Below the pieces are notes generated by a model. That model had not been told where the DNA came from, did not search any database, and saw nothing but the letters and a program-made list of their open reading frames with translations. Made by a program: the position numbers and the translations under genes. A stretch of 64,000 nucleotides of DNA from a virus: positions 64,001-128,000 of the IMG/VR virus record IMGVR_UViG_3300043395_003024; one strand, written 5' to 3'. Each line of letters starts with the position of its first letter. Position 1 is the stretch's first letter. This document shows, in pieces, positions 30,201-38,618 of this stretch.

Positions 30201-31686
30201 AAGCGATATAGCCGCGGCGCGCGAAAGACAACTTGATGAGGCGATAAGAGCGGCAGATATAGAACGTTCCGGCCGCTTATCAAGTGGCAAGAAAGGTTCG
30301 CCTGGTAGACAGAGCGTTGGACGTTTAGCAAAAATGCGCAAATCTAAGGCTGATAAGCGCAAAATTGAGCGCGAGCGTGAGCTACGTAATCTGTATGGCG
30401 AAGATGTTGGAGATATAACACGTTATTTCAGTGGAATGCTGTCTCGCGACGATGCTGACCTAATGATTTACAATGATTTTGTTGAGGGCGGCGAAAAAAT
30501 TGAAAGAGTGGCCCGCAGATATGAGATATCAACTGATGAAGTAAATAGTGCTATCGAGCGATTTAAAAATCTTGATGCAGAAACACAACAGGAACTACGG
30601 GATAGGGCAATAACACGAAATGGCCCATTACCAACAGAAACATCAGGAAGATTATCGTCTGGGAAAACACTCAACAGGTCGTCTGAACAGTATGCACGTG
30701 AATACTATTCTCGAATAGGTCTTCCAGAATCCGTAAGCAACGACTCTCTGCCAGTAAGCGGATATCTAGTTCACAAGTCGCATCTTGATGCCAAGAGACA
30801 GCAAATAATGAATTCAAAGAATGGCAACCTAAGGCCGGATGCTGTTTACGAGATAGGGGACGAAGACGTTGTTGGCGATGGACTGACAGCATTTGGCGAC
30901 ATAGAAATTGTTCTTAGACCATCAGTATCCGAGAGAACTGCTTATGGTCGCGGCAATTCAATATCGTCTGCTCATCGACCTGTCAAGCTAAACTCCCGCA
31001 ACAGAGAAGACGTTGCTGATGCTATATTGAACCCAGACGGCATCAACGGAGATAAGCAGGCGCAGGAAGCGTTCCTGCACATGCTTTCGTCGTCAATAAA
31101 TAACGATTTCTCAAACGTAAACGCGTCAAGAGGCTCGAAAGGAACAATGCCAAGTTCCTTTGACAAGAATCTTCCAGATGGTTCATCAAGAGAGCCGTTT
31201 GAAGCGCAGATACTTGGTGGATTTGACATAAATGAAGTCGAACAAGTCAATATCCCATTCAAGAGGCTTCAGTCTGCTGGCGAAAAAGAAAATATTAGCG
31301 ATGCGGTCAACGAGCGGTCAATAGCAGAGAAACTGAGGTCTGCTGGGTTCTCTCCAGAAGAGATTCAATATTTTTACTCAATCGGCGGTGGCAAAAATAT
31401 CAACACGCAAAGCATGGCAATGCTGCGACAGTACAGAGCATCTCAAAAAATAAAAACAGACATGGCCAGCAAGGGTCTTAATAATGTCAAGTTTGCCCAT
31501 CCAACCGGTTTCAACATAGAAGACCCGCGGTCGCACTCCAAGGCAGCAAGGGGAGGAGAGTCGGTCGAGTCCGTCCTGATTAGGGCTATTGGGGATGAAA
31601 TAGTCGAAGCTGCGAAAGACATGATGAAAGAAATGAAAAACAGCCGTAAGCCGCAAATAACGTCAACTTCTGGTGGAATGCTATGA
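24211..31686 (+). CDS. Giant polyprotein 2: zincin HExxH, degenerate ART-like, ParB/Srx-like, HTH and DUF3626-like segments
   Basis: HESAH (26017) + ALEASAELW; PILTTRDKYILDGHHRW (~29800); FGDIEIVL..R..GNS...EAQILGG; 5 LSSG linkers. Confidence 0.8.
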   Translation: MAKTPQTRERVIVSARLIVPTSCCGGFNEKAVRFRTSINSSVSSGRLQAEMATKAITSGFGIRVKAYVDTDNKKREFTGDSRPGVESNEYGYRWEKSATWEPGSRLVISPSFKSREGMGTEPNVGWIKPDKNAPKNFAETLERIRSKPTIKLSKYKVNPKTDEVIPDSEQVIDPFGITAGLSYEEKQKAIQKYKGNLIEKKMLPGRSLESRVPGGSLLSRAAAVFGILRDENNKFRCPPGTPAANQFTDATGSNCFGFSPSRFARFAARQAAKLTAEGEYQGLRNNARSFFNFLYNDQYSAEARGVADPALLGRSVYWDSISGDRFKPPSWREIEVPGNLRMFKNGAVRGQDDIARQKASVARIVESLGIDPADPDASLKAAQALRKMWEDTGGAAGWDLEILNVSGDGAALLDDFEIKQFMEARLQSVPGWGALSKEERDRLLLSDIGRYKETQKAMFDTLLDLFSKDPAGMRSIGRIEYNFFSDDEAGTSLYRDAPKLVQALNPDGTPRLDRDGNPVMRKVPGEMRTAIHINMAEILSNQESMLPDMRPDQRLAISAVGARSEAEGRLAVADFLINADYASRGMAGLLDGVYSFSSHIMLHESAHHKQAQLFQEKIMSEIADKGFITVPVIRDGVKIGERNVDSIYKLSGDDLMAIMTDTADSINLDSLNDAMERIKAIAPLAGSYPRDTYIEGSEVWALEASAELWALRERGIIYGEDIDAALEWMDSASFAAAARERASADDDSAMDSMDDVFRIPTPTTVPDDMPDDVIEETLADRDERLASELREEIKRFKTVFGELPEEEMFDEAAIIASQRDNAKRRLDAVRDFEIDPTLPDDERISLESMKAEAIKDCQRALDYHTKKYDEASKIWRKKYGVGASGEKKRFEDSVREVREREGLLDVGEMEEIARLADLDDLRESVKGMPEKKVIRKLADDEVRLSTMDPASPEARDLAERIDVIKDQHAKNLKEAGDTRSITAVKRDIDKKVKDTISPPPKPSKKFKSAKEASDHGARERRRVKATPEQKKAMKELGDVAESDVGMLLDPATQTRAGRAMNKRNARLKRLGLEVDPMSSDEADTVQQVEKLLIPTMEAIDGTSVADPFEMEAIIDFEAGVLKGKLDGKEVDVDKFVSGRVITSRTKKTDMPERGRRDAKTGRTSRRVVVQVREGDRGLFPATGGEGEQKFVAPPGRLRIIGRDSDGTIRAEISYQKDAVEVVDGMADSLSKNKTDAIWAQSHAKKIQAVADKYVSKRRASGKTFPGSRSDYDDVAAKSTSDVLDDVIDAGGSFGEGIDDLPPDGPSGRSGSLSSGAVNGKRSALGVPATRQQRTQSRESRMSSVTRNIKTALGGGRGDGSISRGDIHPEVADLIAGLPEEVLISRAQATAYRMHEGFDRRVRVRATDADIERLSSGRGIRSPFSSPSDETARASRRAERLAGMPPEQRSARLSSGRTIDSSENLAERRRQEKDVAKRALSVFDDVINSGQNVNDMSDDEISKRFGGSVKRSARKSISEKDSNLYEVDDVSTAVALMMLGHHVEVRDQDIRLTEQAQKVFEKEVKSVAKKHIKENHPRWRAFQEEYALKNPGLDIDNPDVRKAMESEYVGNYQADLCSLYNPANNLMCSGHIGIDREKMPQTNGRSSGQNTKAIMALKAGVAAGKWEPSKDGITRNRELEIEFAEELDAKIAKINRKRSQEIPPKDAVSDDEIPGILYEIIADKHSLRNELSGKTQREHMEDSFSLLSDKAKQWLYENTDWNDTEVNLETPFINWLNGVIDVEDPQNGAAVRLRKVDPSEYAPSQQQLVASKVDSTAQTIQETAIKIAEQIRAASPGISDEEFRVKYLEEMGKEWFMQPILTTRDKYILDGHHRWAGIVVGNRSLPPELQIPLSANEVQTDIIEGLTLGKVFQDAFGIKEARLGAELRWDGKQENIPQISPDEFDAISTDLTANAPRLIDEKYNQGDYIQLGSVGLRNNPDYAQAVEFRQRLARTRGQSDIAAARERQLDEAIRAADIERSGRLSSGKKGSPGRQSVGRLAKMRKSKADKRKIERERELRNLYGEDVGDITRYFSGMLSRDDADLMIYNDFVEGGEKIERVARRYEISTDEVNSAIERFKNLDAETQQELRDRAITRNGPLPTETSGRLSSGKTLNRSSEQYAREYYSRIGLPESVSNDSLPVSGYLVHKSHLDAKRQQIMNSKNGNLRPDAVYEIGDEDVVGDGLTAFGDIEIVLRPSVSERTAYGRGNSISSAHRPVKLNSRNREDVADAILNPDGINGDKQAQEAFLHMLSSSINNDFSNVNASRGSKGTMPSSFDKNLPDGSSREPFEAQILGGFDINEVEQVNIPFKRLQSAGEKENISDAVNERSIAEKLRSAGFSPEEIQYFYSIGGGKNINTQSMAMLRQYRASQKIKTDMASKGLNNVKFAHPTGFNIEDPRSHSKAARGGESVESVLIRAIGDEIVEAAKDMMKEMKNSRKPQITSTSGGML

Positions 31687-32198
31687 AGTCAATACTCGTA
31701 GGTCTCCTCAATGACAGCAGGGTCTACTACAACGCTGAGGCAAAGCCCGGGGAAAAAGACGCAATAATAGAAAAACCAGATGGGACTACTATCAAGGGGT
31801 ACATAATGAGCATTTCAACAACTGCTCGTGACTTCAGGAAGCTTCGTTCAACGCCATTTCAGAGATTTCTATGGGACGCGCCCAAGGACCCGACGTCTGG
31901 AGCGTGGTATGAAACTTTTATTGAAAAAACACGCCCAATAAAAGACTCAATGCTTGACAAGATGCCAGCCAAAAAGTCTGTTGGCAAAAACAAGAAAAAG
32001 ATTGACAAAACTGAAAGGGCTGTCAAATCATTCATTGATAGAGACATCGAACAGAAAATGCTGACGAGCTCATGTTGCGATGAAATGATAAAGTTAGATG
32101 TCAATATATATAAATTCAAAACGCTGGAAGAGCGTGATTTTGCATGGAAAGCCATGCTTCTTCTTCGCGAACTAGAGGAGAACAATAGTGTCAACTGA
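31683..32198 (+). CDS. Hypothetical head-module protein
   Basis: ATGA-coupled to polyprotein 2. Confidence 0.7.
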   Translation: MKSILVGLLNDSRVYYNAEAKPGEKDAIIEKPDGTTIKGYIMSISTTARDFRKLRSTPFQRFLWDAPKDPTSGAWYETFIEKTRPIKDSMLDKMPAKKSVGKNKKKIDKTERAVKSFIDRDIEQKMLTSSCCDEMIKLDVNIYKFKTLEERDFAWKAMLLLRELEENNSVN

Positions 32199-32841
32199 TG
32201 ATTTTATAAAAGCGGACCCGCTTGGTGGGTTACTTCCTCAAGAGTTAATCACTGGCGACATACTTAAGGGCAGAGGACCGCGACGCGGCAATCTCGAGCG
32301 CCTACTCCGTTATTGGCGTCCAATAATGAAAAAGCCCGGCGGCTTTCGGCGTTGCAGGCTTATTCTTGCAAACCACCCAGAGCTTTATCCATTAAGCAAC
32401 ATCTGCGCATGGCTGCACCATGAGACAACCGGCCTTTGGCCAAATGAGGGGTGCCATCACCCTACAATGAAGAATTGCAGAAAAAAGCTGCGCAAGCTAA
32501 TGAACTGGAACGATTCACAGTTTGCCAGAGCCCTGGCTGGCAAGAAGCCAAAGAACACAATTCGTTCCGCTGGTAAATCAATAGAGAACGGATACTCTGA
32601 CGTTTTCTTTTACGAATATCCGGACATGGATGTCAAGTCGGACGATAACTACGTCGTAACTGAAGAAGACATAAATCACGCAATAAAGGTTCTTGGTGAA
32701 TTCTGCGAGATGGAGCCAGATTTTACAAAATTCCTACAAAACGACGAAAACTGGCAAGTTGAGGGCGAAGACGCGACGGGCCAGAAGGTTTATTCCGTAT
32801 ATGTGAGCACAAAATCAATAGAAGATGAATGCTGTGGATGA
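32188..32841 (+). CDS. Hypothetical head-module protein with Cys/His motif
   Basis: LLRYW...GGFRRC...CAWLHHETTGLWP; overlaps neighbours. Confidence 0.7.
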   Translation: MSTDDFIKADPLGGLLPQELITGDILKGRGPRRGNLERLLRYWRPIMKKPGGFRRCRLILANHPELYPLSNICAWLHHETTGLWPNEGCHHPTMKNCRKKLRKLMNWNDSQFARALAGKKPKNTIRSAGKSIENGYSDVFFYEYPDMDVKSDDNYVVTEEDINHAIKVLGEFCEMEPDFTKFLQNDENWQVEGEDATGQKVYSVYVSTKSIEDECCG

Positions 32842-34858
32842 TTTTGGACAGTGCTGTGGGGATAGTGAAGTTCTCGTAACGCGAGTACTTCTTTTTAACC
32901 CTGCACAAAAACAAAACATTGACCACATACGCGGCATTAAGGCATTTTCTCAAGAAGCTACCGACTATAAGGCTCTTTCAAAGCGGTTCGGCAACACCAG
33001 GCGCACACAGCGAAATGACGTTACGAATGGTATGCAGTTCAAGGCAAATGCAGCGCGTCAAATAGGGAGCACGGTCCTTAGCACAATACTTCCGGGAGAT
33101 ACTGGACCACTTCGGTCTCCAGTTCGCTCTGCATTTTACCGAACAGTAACTCCTGGATTTGGTGGCGGACGGCGCGGTGGTTCTCTTCCTGGTCAGAATA
33201 GGGCAGCAAGATGTCCCGAGGGCTACCAATTTGGTGGCCGATTTACCGACAACCGCCTGTCAACATGCGGCGCAAAATTGTTTGACATACCGTCAGTTCT
33301 TGGGCTAGCAATCGGAGCAGCAAGACGAGCACTTACATCTGGGATATCTCCACAAACTCGCGGAAGAGATATCACCGGAGCCCCATACGATAGCTCGATA
33401 ATTCTTTCAAGGGCTCCGCAAATCCCGAAGGTCACATCGGGAAATCCAAGACTTGCCGCTGGAAGAGTCACCGATGAAATAAATGCCATAGGAAAATTCA
33501 ATAAAGAATCTGGCATCAAAGCAAGAAGGATGGTTCGACGAGACGGATTTGTCCTGGAACCAGTAGTTCCAAACAAGGTTCTCCGCGCAATACCTGACAA
33601 CAGAGATATGGAGGGCGCGTCATTCCTTATGTCTGCGCTATCCCCCAGGGATATTGGCGGTGAAGAGTTAGGGCTCTTGTCAAACACTGGCGTGAAGTCA
33701 CTTATTTACGTCCTTCCAGGAGGTTCGTCTATCACGCTAGAAAAAGCAAGACCATTGGAAATAGGCGAAAGACGCAAGCTTGGACGCGTCGTTAACCAGG
33801 TTGTGTCAATTGACAATTCACGTGACCCCTCAAAACGTCTCCGTTTCGTGGCTGATGAAATTGGAACCGGCCTTAAGTACTCAGAAAACTTCAAGGGCGT
33901 GAAGAATCCCAACGAAATAATCAAGGGAAGAATTAGTTGGGCCTCCCAGGTATGGGGCGGAAGACTTGCTTCTCAGCCAGAATCTTCGTCAATAAGAAAC
34001 ACGGAAACATTTGGGCCACGTCGCAAACTGATAAAGAGTGTTGATGAGGCGGTGCAGTTCCTGGTCGATGGTGGGAGCATGTCTGCAATTGACCCATCAA
34101 TAATGCCGAAAGTATTAGCTAAATCTGGTGTAATCCAAAAACAGAGGATGGCTAACAACATCACCGCAATCGCTACGCCATCAGAAAACCTGTTTCTATA
34201 TGAAAAGCCAAAAACGTTTCAGCACATTGGCGAAAGATTTGCCTCAGACGTTCAGCAGGCACTGGGGCTCGAGTCTCCTGACGTTATTTTTGCTGGTAAA
34301 CCCGGAGACACTAGGCAGTTCCTACGGCAAGAAGTTACATCTGCAATACCTGGTAGTAACTTCAACCCGGATGCAAAATTCAACGAGCTGGAGCCACGTG
34401 ATGTGGCAGCGATGCTCGTATCGGATTTCTTAACCGACCAGCGTGAGCGCCCAATGACGTCAATATATACGCTTGACACTCCAGATGCTCGACGTCTGGT
34501 TCTTGGACAGAATTCAACTTCTGGATTAATTGATTTATCAAAGATTGAAATTACCAAGAGAATGAAGCTGAGCCTTGAAGAGTTTTATTCATCGCAATTA
34601 ACGCCGTCTTACTCTGATTATTATCAGGCCCTTAAGGCCGAGCAGCGCATTATTTTTATGAAATACCTCTCGGAAATGATTAATCGCGCAAGAAAGTTTA
34701 ACCCAAATAACTTTAAAGACTCACTCAACCAGTATGGATTGTCCGAAGGTGAAAAAATCCATCTAAATATTCTTGGCAAACTTTTTGAGTCGCGCCTTGA
34801 AGTTCTAAAGATTCAAAAAAATACTCTAAGGAAGATAGTTACTGGAGCTTCGCAATGA
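32825..34858 (+). CDS. Head-module protein with degenerate HipA/PI3K-like kinase C-terminus
   Basis: ERFASDVQQALGLESP and VSDFLTDQRERPMTS resemble E..A...LGL..P and D....N.DRH..N. Confidence 0.6.
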   Translation: MNAVDDFGQCCGDSEVLVTRVLLFNPAQKQNIDHIRGIKAFSQEATDYKALSKRFGNTRRTQRNDVTNGMQFKANAARQIGSTVLSTILPGDTGPLRSPVRSAFYRTVTPGFGGGRRGGSLPGQNRAARCPEGYQFGGRFTDNRLSTCGAKLFDIPSVLGLAIGAARRALTSGISPQTRGRDITGAPYDSSIILSRAPQIPKVTSGNPRLAAGRVTDEINAIGKFNKESGIKARRMVRRDGFVLEPVVPNKVLRAIPDNRDMEGASFLMSALSPRDIGGEELGLLSNTGVKSLIYVLPGGSSITLEKARPLEIGERRKLGRVVNQVVSIDNSRDPSKRLRFVADEIGTGLKYSENFKGVKNPNEIIKGRISWASQVWGGRLASQPESSSIRNTETFGPRRKLIKSVDEAVQFLVDGGSMSAIDPSIMPKVLAKSGVIQKQRMANNITAIATPSENLFLYEKPKTFQHIGERFASDVQQALGLESPDVIFAGKPGDTRQFLRQEVTSAIPGSNFNPDAKFNELEPRDVAAMLVSDFLTDQRERPMTSIYTLDTPDARRLVLGQNSTSGLIDLSKIEITKRMKLSLEEFYSSQLTPSYSDYYQALKAEQRIIFMKYLSEMINRARKFNPNNFKDSLNQYGLSEGEKIHLNILGKLFESRLEVLKIQKNTLRKIVTGASQ

Positions 34859-35535
34859 AAATAGGTTTTATCAAAAATGCATTCGGCAACATGCCGCATG
34901 CTGTGGCGACAGAGGCCGATGGGAAGATTGAAGTAAAGTCAATAACTGAATTTGGCAAGTCAATAATCAACAATTTTGATTTTGATAAAGACAACATATC
35001 GAGTACTTTGCCGGAAGGATTCGTGTTTACGGGCTTTACGGAAAAAGCCATTCCAGCAGAATTTGAACAATCGCCAGACCATGTCAAAACAAAATCACTT
35101 GCATATTCCTGTTCATTTACTGCAGAGCAAATCGGCAAAAAATCAGCAGTTTCTAACATTTCAATCAACAAATTTACAAACAGCGCCGACAAATTAAATG
35201 CAATTTCATTTAAGGCATCAGCCTTTAAGTCATCAAGCAGACGTGGGGAATTTTTGGCCAGAATAAGTTCTAAAAAAATCTTGTTCGACCAGAGGCTTGC
35301 GCGTGTTTCTAATAACCCCAAATTTGCATTCAGCCATCTGGAAGAAGAGGGTTTAAAGAGTTATTTCAGTGACGGGTTCATGAGAAAGACTGCTCAAAAA
35401 ACAACGCTGAATCGCCGTGCGGCTAGGCGTGCTCGCGTTCTTTCGAGTATGAACGAAGAAGAAAAATCAAAGCCAAAGAAAAACATACTTTCACGTATTA
35501 ACACAGCTCGTAAGGATGTTAAAAATGGCCGCTAA
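34855..35535 (+). CDS. Hypothetical head-module protein
   Basis: ATGA-coupled ORF. Confidence 0.65.
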   Translation: MKIGFIKNAFGNMPHAVATEADGKIEVKSITEFGKSIINNFDFDKDNISSTLPEGFVFTGFTEKAIPAEFEQSPDHVKTKSLAYSCSFTAEQIGKKSAVSNISINKFTNSADKLNAISFKASAFKSSSRRGEFLARISSKKILFDQRLARVSNNPKFAFSHLEEEGLKSYFSDGFMRKTAQKTTLNRRAARRARVLSSMNEEEKSKPKKNILSRINTARKDVKNGR

Positions 35536-36181
35536 AAAAGAAGCAGTTAAAAAAGCAGATGCGCTGCGTCTAGCGAAGGAAATTGGATGCTCTGGTGCGC
35601 ACAAAGATAAAAAGGGAAATTGGATGCCATGCGCATCTATGGAAGAGCTTGAAAGAATATCTAATGTTGCGGAAACATCAAAGTGGCGCAGTGTTGTACC
35701 TGGGTACAAATCGTCAAAGGTAAGAACAAAGGGCAAAAACAAAAGGCGTCGTGATGATTGGGAAAACCTCAGGGAGGCACCAATCAGAGGTATTGCAACC
35801 CTGGAGGACGGAAGCATAGTTTCTTCACCATCTCTAAGTGGTAAATCACTTGACTGCTGTGGAACAAAGGGGATTGGTCCTGAATTCGTGAGGGACAATG
35901 ACCCTGACGTGTTCATGGACGCTGAATCCGCGAGATTTAGGTCTCGGCAGCTTGGGTGCATAGGCATAAGCAGGCGAGTCAGCAAATCTGGAAGAACCGT
36001 CTGGATGCCATGCACCAATATGAGCGACTACGCAAATAGGGCGGGGTCTACTGATTTAGGCCGCAGAAATATGAATAAGCGGCGTGAAAACGAGACTAGA
36101 CAGGCCGTGCGTACAGTCCTGCGCGAAAAGCCAAAAGCAACTCTTAAAAGAAAAACATCTCTTGCCAAAGAGCTGCTTTAA
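35525..36181 (+). CDS. Protein with two GC.G...WMPC repeats (DUF3721-like)
   Basis: IGCSGAH...WMPCAS and LGCIGI...WMPCTN. Confidence 0.65.
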   Translation: MAAKKEAVKKADALRLAKEIGCSGAHKDKKGNWMPCASMEELERISNVAETSKWRSVVPGYKSSKVRTKGKNKRRRDDWENLREAPIRGIATLEDGSIVSSPSLSGKSLDCCGTKGIGPEFVRDNDPDVFMDAESARFRSRQLGCIGISRRVSKSGRTVWMPCTNMSDYANRAGSTDLGRRNMNKRRENETRQAVRTVLREKPKATLKRKTSLAKELL

Positions 36182-36342
36182 TTAAGCAAATATCTATTTA
36201 CACACTTTAGTTTCAAAATCTTATTAGTTCCACTAAAGAGTGTAAATCATCTGTTATTTTTATTTATACGTAGGGCTGGGTGCTGACCTAAGCCATTGCT
36301 AACCCAACAACCCAAATCACTTTCACAAACAAGGAGAAAGTA

Positions 36343-37701
36343 ATGTCGGAAGACAAAGCCCGTATCGAGGAGCTGCAATCAGCCCTCCGTCAGAAGATGG
36401 CAGACAATAAGACCATCGCTGACTCATTCAGAGTTGAGGACGGCACCGTTGTCGTTACTCCAGAGCAGAAGAGCGCGTTCGACAAGAACATGCGCGACAT
36501 CAAGGAAATCAAGGGCCTTCTCGGCGACCTTGAGACCATGAACTCAGTTGATAGCTGGGGTTCAGAGCCGTCAGGCGATTCAGCAGCCGCCGCTTACGCA
36601 GCTGCTGCCGCAGACATGAACCAACTGTCATCTCGTGAAATCAAGAGCATTGGTCAGATGTTCCTTGAGTCAGCAGAGTTCAAGGCTCTCAACGGTGGCC
36701 GTAATGGCGCAAACATGGCCGCTCCGTGGCAGGTTGCCGCTTCGCTAACATCTGGCTACAACGTCAAGGACGTGTACTCAGGTCTGCCTACAACAGACGT
36801 TACCGGTAGCCGTCTCGGTTCATTCGGCACGGTTCAGCGTGACCCAATGGTAACACCGCCAATGCGCACAAAGCGCGTTCGCGACCTGTTCCCAACACGC
36901 ACCACAAACGCTGCAGTGATTGAGTACTTCCGTCAACTCGGCTTCACCACGCTTCAGGCTGGTCATGGCACGAACTCGGCTTCTTCGGTCGCTGAGCGCA
37001 ACGCCGGCAACACAGCATTCGGTATCAAGCCGCAGTCATCGTTCGCCTTTGTTGGCGAGCAGGCGCCGGTTCGTACGCTCGCCCACTGGGAAGCAGCGCA
37101 CCGCAACGTCCTCGCAGATGAGCCGCAGCTGCGTTCAATCATCGACAACGAGCTCATGTATGGTCTCCGTCTCCTTGAGGACAACCAAATCCTCAACGGT
37201 GACGGCGTCGGCGAGAACCTGCTCGGCGTTCTGAACACCCCGAACATCCAGGAGTACGCATGGTCATCCGGTGCCGTTACCCCGGTCCCGGACACAAAGG
37301 CTGATGCTCTCCGTCGCGCTGCGACCCTCTCATTCTTGGCATACTACGAGCCGTCAGGCATCGTGGTTCACCCGAACGACTGGGAAGACATCGAGCTGAC
37401 AAAGGACGCCAATGGTCAGTACCTCATCGCGGTTTCGGTCGCAATGGGTGGCGAGCCACGCGTCTGGAGAATGCCAATCGTGGACACCCCGGCAATGACC
37501 GAGGGTACAGCACTGGTCGGTGCGTTCGGTACCGGCGCACAGCTGTACGACCGCGAGCAGGCGAGCATCCGCATCAGCGAGCAGCACTCGGACTTCTTCG
37601 TCCGCAACGCCATCGTCATCCTCGCGGAGCAGAGACTGGCACTCGCCGTCAAGCGTCCGGAGGCCTTCGTGAAGGTGGACTTCGACAACGCCCCTGACTG
37701 A
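36343..37701 (+). CDS. Major capsid protein, HK97 fold
   Basis: Coiled-coil N-terminal delta domain, VRTLAHW, LEDNQILNGDG, VVHPNDW, KDANGQY, RLALAVKRPEAF; AAGGAG RBS; strongly biased codons. Confidence 0.95.
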   Translation: MSEDKARIEELQSALRQKMADNKTIADSFRVEDGTVVVTPEQKSAFDKNMRDIKEIKGLLGDLETMNSVDSWGSEPSGDSAAAAYAAAAADMNQLSSREIKSIGQMFLESAEFKALNGGRNGANMAAPWQVAASLTSGYNVKDVYSGLPTTDVTGSRLGSFGTVQRDPMVTPPMRTKRVRDLFPTRTTNAAVIEYFRQLGFTTLQAGHGTNSASSVAERNAGNTAFGIKPQSSFAFVGEQAPVRTLAHWEAAHRNVLADEPQLRSIIDNELMYGLRLLEDNQILNGDGVGENLLGVLNTPNIQEYAWSSGAVTPVPDTKADALRRAATLSFLAYYEPSGIVVHPNDWEDIELTKDANGQYLIAVSVAMGGEPRVWRMPIVDTPAMTEGTALVGAFGTGAQLYDREQASIRISEQHSDFFVRNAIVILAEQRLALAVKRPEAFVKVDFDNAPD

Positions 37702-37716
37702 TAGAGGCTGAGTAGT

Positions 37717-37771
37717 GGGGTAACCCCCGGGAGTAATCGCTCAATGCGGTGAAACCGGGGGTTTTACCTTT
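37717..37771 (+). terminator. Probable intrinsic terminator after MCP
   Basis: AACCCCCGG (37722-30) / CCGGGGGTT (37755-63) stem followed by T-rich tract. Confidence 0.65.
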
Positions 37772-37802
37772 ATGGACGACAATATGTGGGAAGATGGTGT
37801 GT

Positions 37803-38618
37803 ATGACAAATCCTATTGATGACACCGAAAAACTCTATGAAGAGCTACAGTCGGTAGCCGACCATATAGAGACAGAGCTAGAGCTGGAGCGCATCGCCGA
37901 GCAGTCGCTAATAGAGCTAAAGCGGCTAGAGATGATGCCAATTTTTGACGAGTACTATGCGTCTGATTTATTTGCCGACATAGCGGAGAAGGGCACTAAG
38001 AGGCCAGTTTTGAGAGACCCCAAAGGGGGATTAACGGCTGCGGGAAGGGCATACTTCAAAAGGAAAGAGGGGGCCAACCTCAAACCCGGGGTTCGCGGTG
38101 CGGCAAATACGCCTGAAAAAATGCGTCGCAAGGGTTCATTTCTGACAAGATTTTTTACCAATCCATCTGGTCCAATGAAGGATGAAAAGGGACGTTCCAC
38201 AAGATTGGCACTCTCTGCCGCCGCGTGGGGGGAGCCGGTTCCTCAGGACATGGAGGATGCCAGAAAATTGGCTGCCAAGGGGCGGCGAATGCTTGAAAGA
38301 TATCAGAATACAAAGAAGAAAAAGAAGTCTGATTCAGAAGTTGACATCTTCAACAAAACAGCAAGCGAGAACTATTTTTCCCATAAGAACGACCCAGACA
38401 TGGAAGGCGTGTGGAGCGGAAACATCGTCGATTTAGACGACTTTGATTTTGAAGCAGAAAAGAATATGCGTATTGCAATAAGAAGCAACCTTGCGCATAT
38501 GGGTGCATCCAAAAAGTCAATTACCTCATATGTTCCTAGCGACGAAGATACGAAGAGGCGTATACACCATGCCGCTAAAGTGATGAACAAGCGTCGGAAT
38601 AAGAAACAAAATGGCTGA
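37803..38618 (+). CDS. Hypothetical protein with basic DPKGGLTAAGR domain (DUF6321-like)
   Basis: DPKGGLTAAGRAYFKRKEGANLKPGV...RRKGSFLTRF. Confidence 0.65.
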   Translation: MTNPIDDTEKLYEELQSVADHIETELELERIAEQSLIELKRLEMMPIFDEYYASDLFADIAEKGTKRPVLRDPKGGLTAAGRAYFKRKEGANLKPGVRGAANTPEKMRRKGSFLTRFFTNPSGPMKDEKGRSTRLALSAAAWGEPVPQDMEDARKLAAKGRRMLERYQNTKKKKKSDSEVDIFNKTASENYFSHKNDPDMEGVWSGNIVDLDDFDFEAEKNMRIAIRSNLAHMGASKKSITSYVPSDEDTKRRIHHAAKVMNKRRNKKQNG

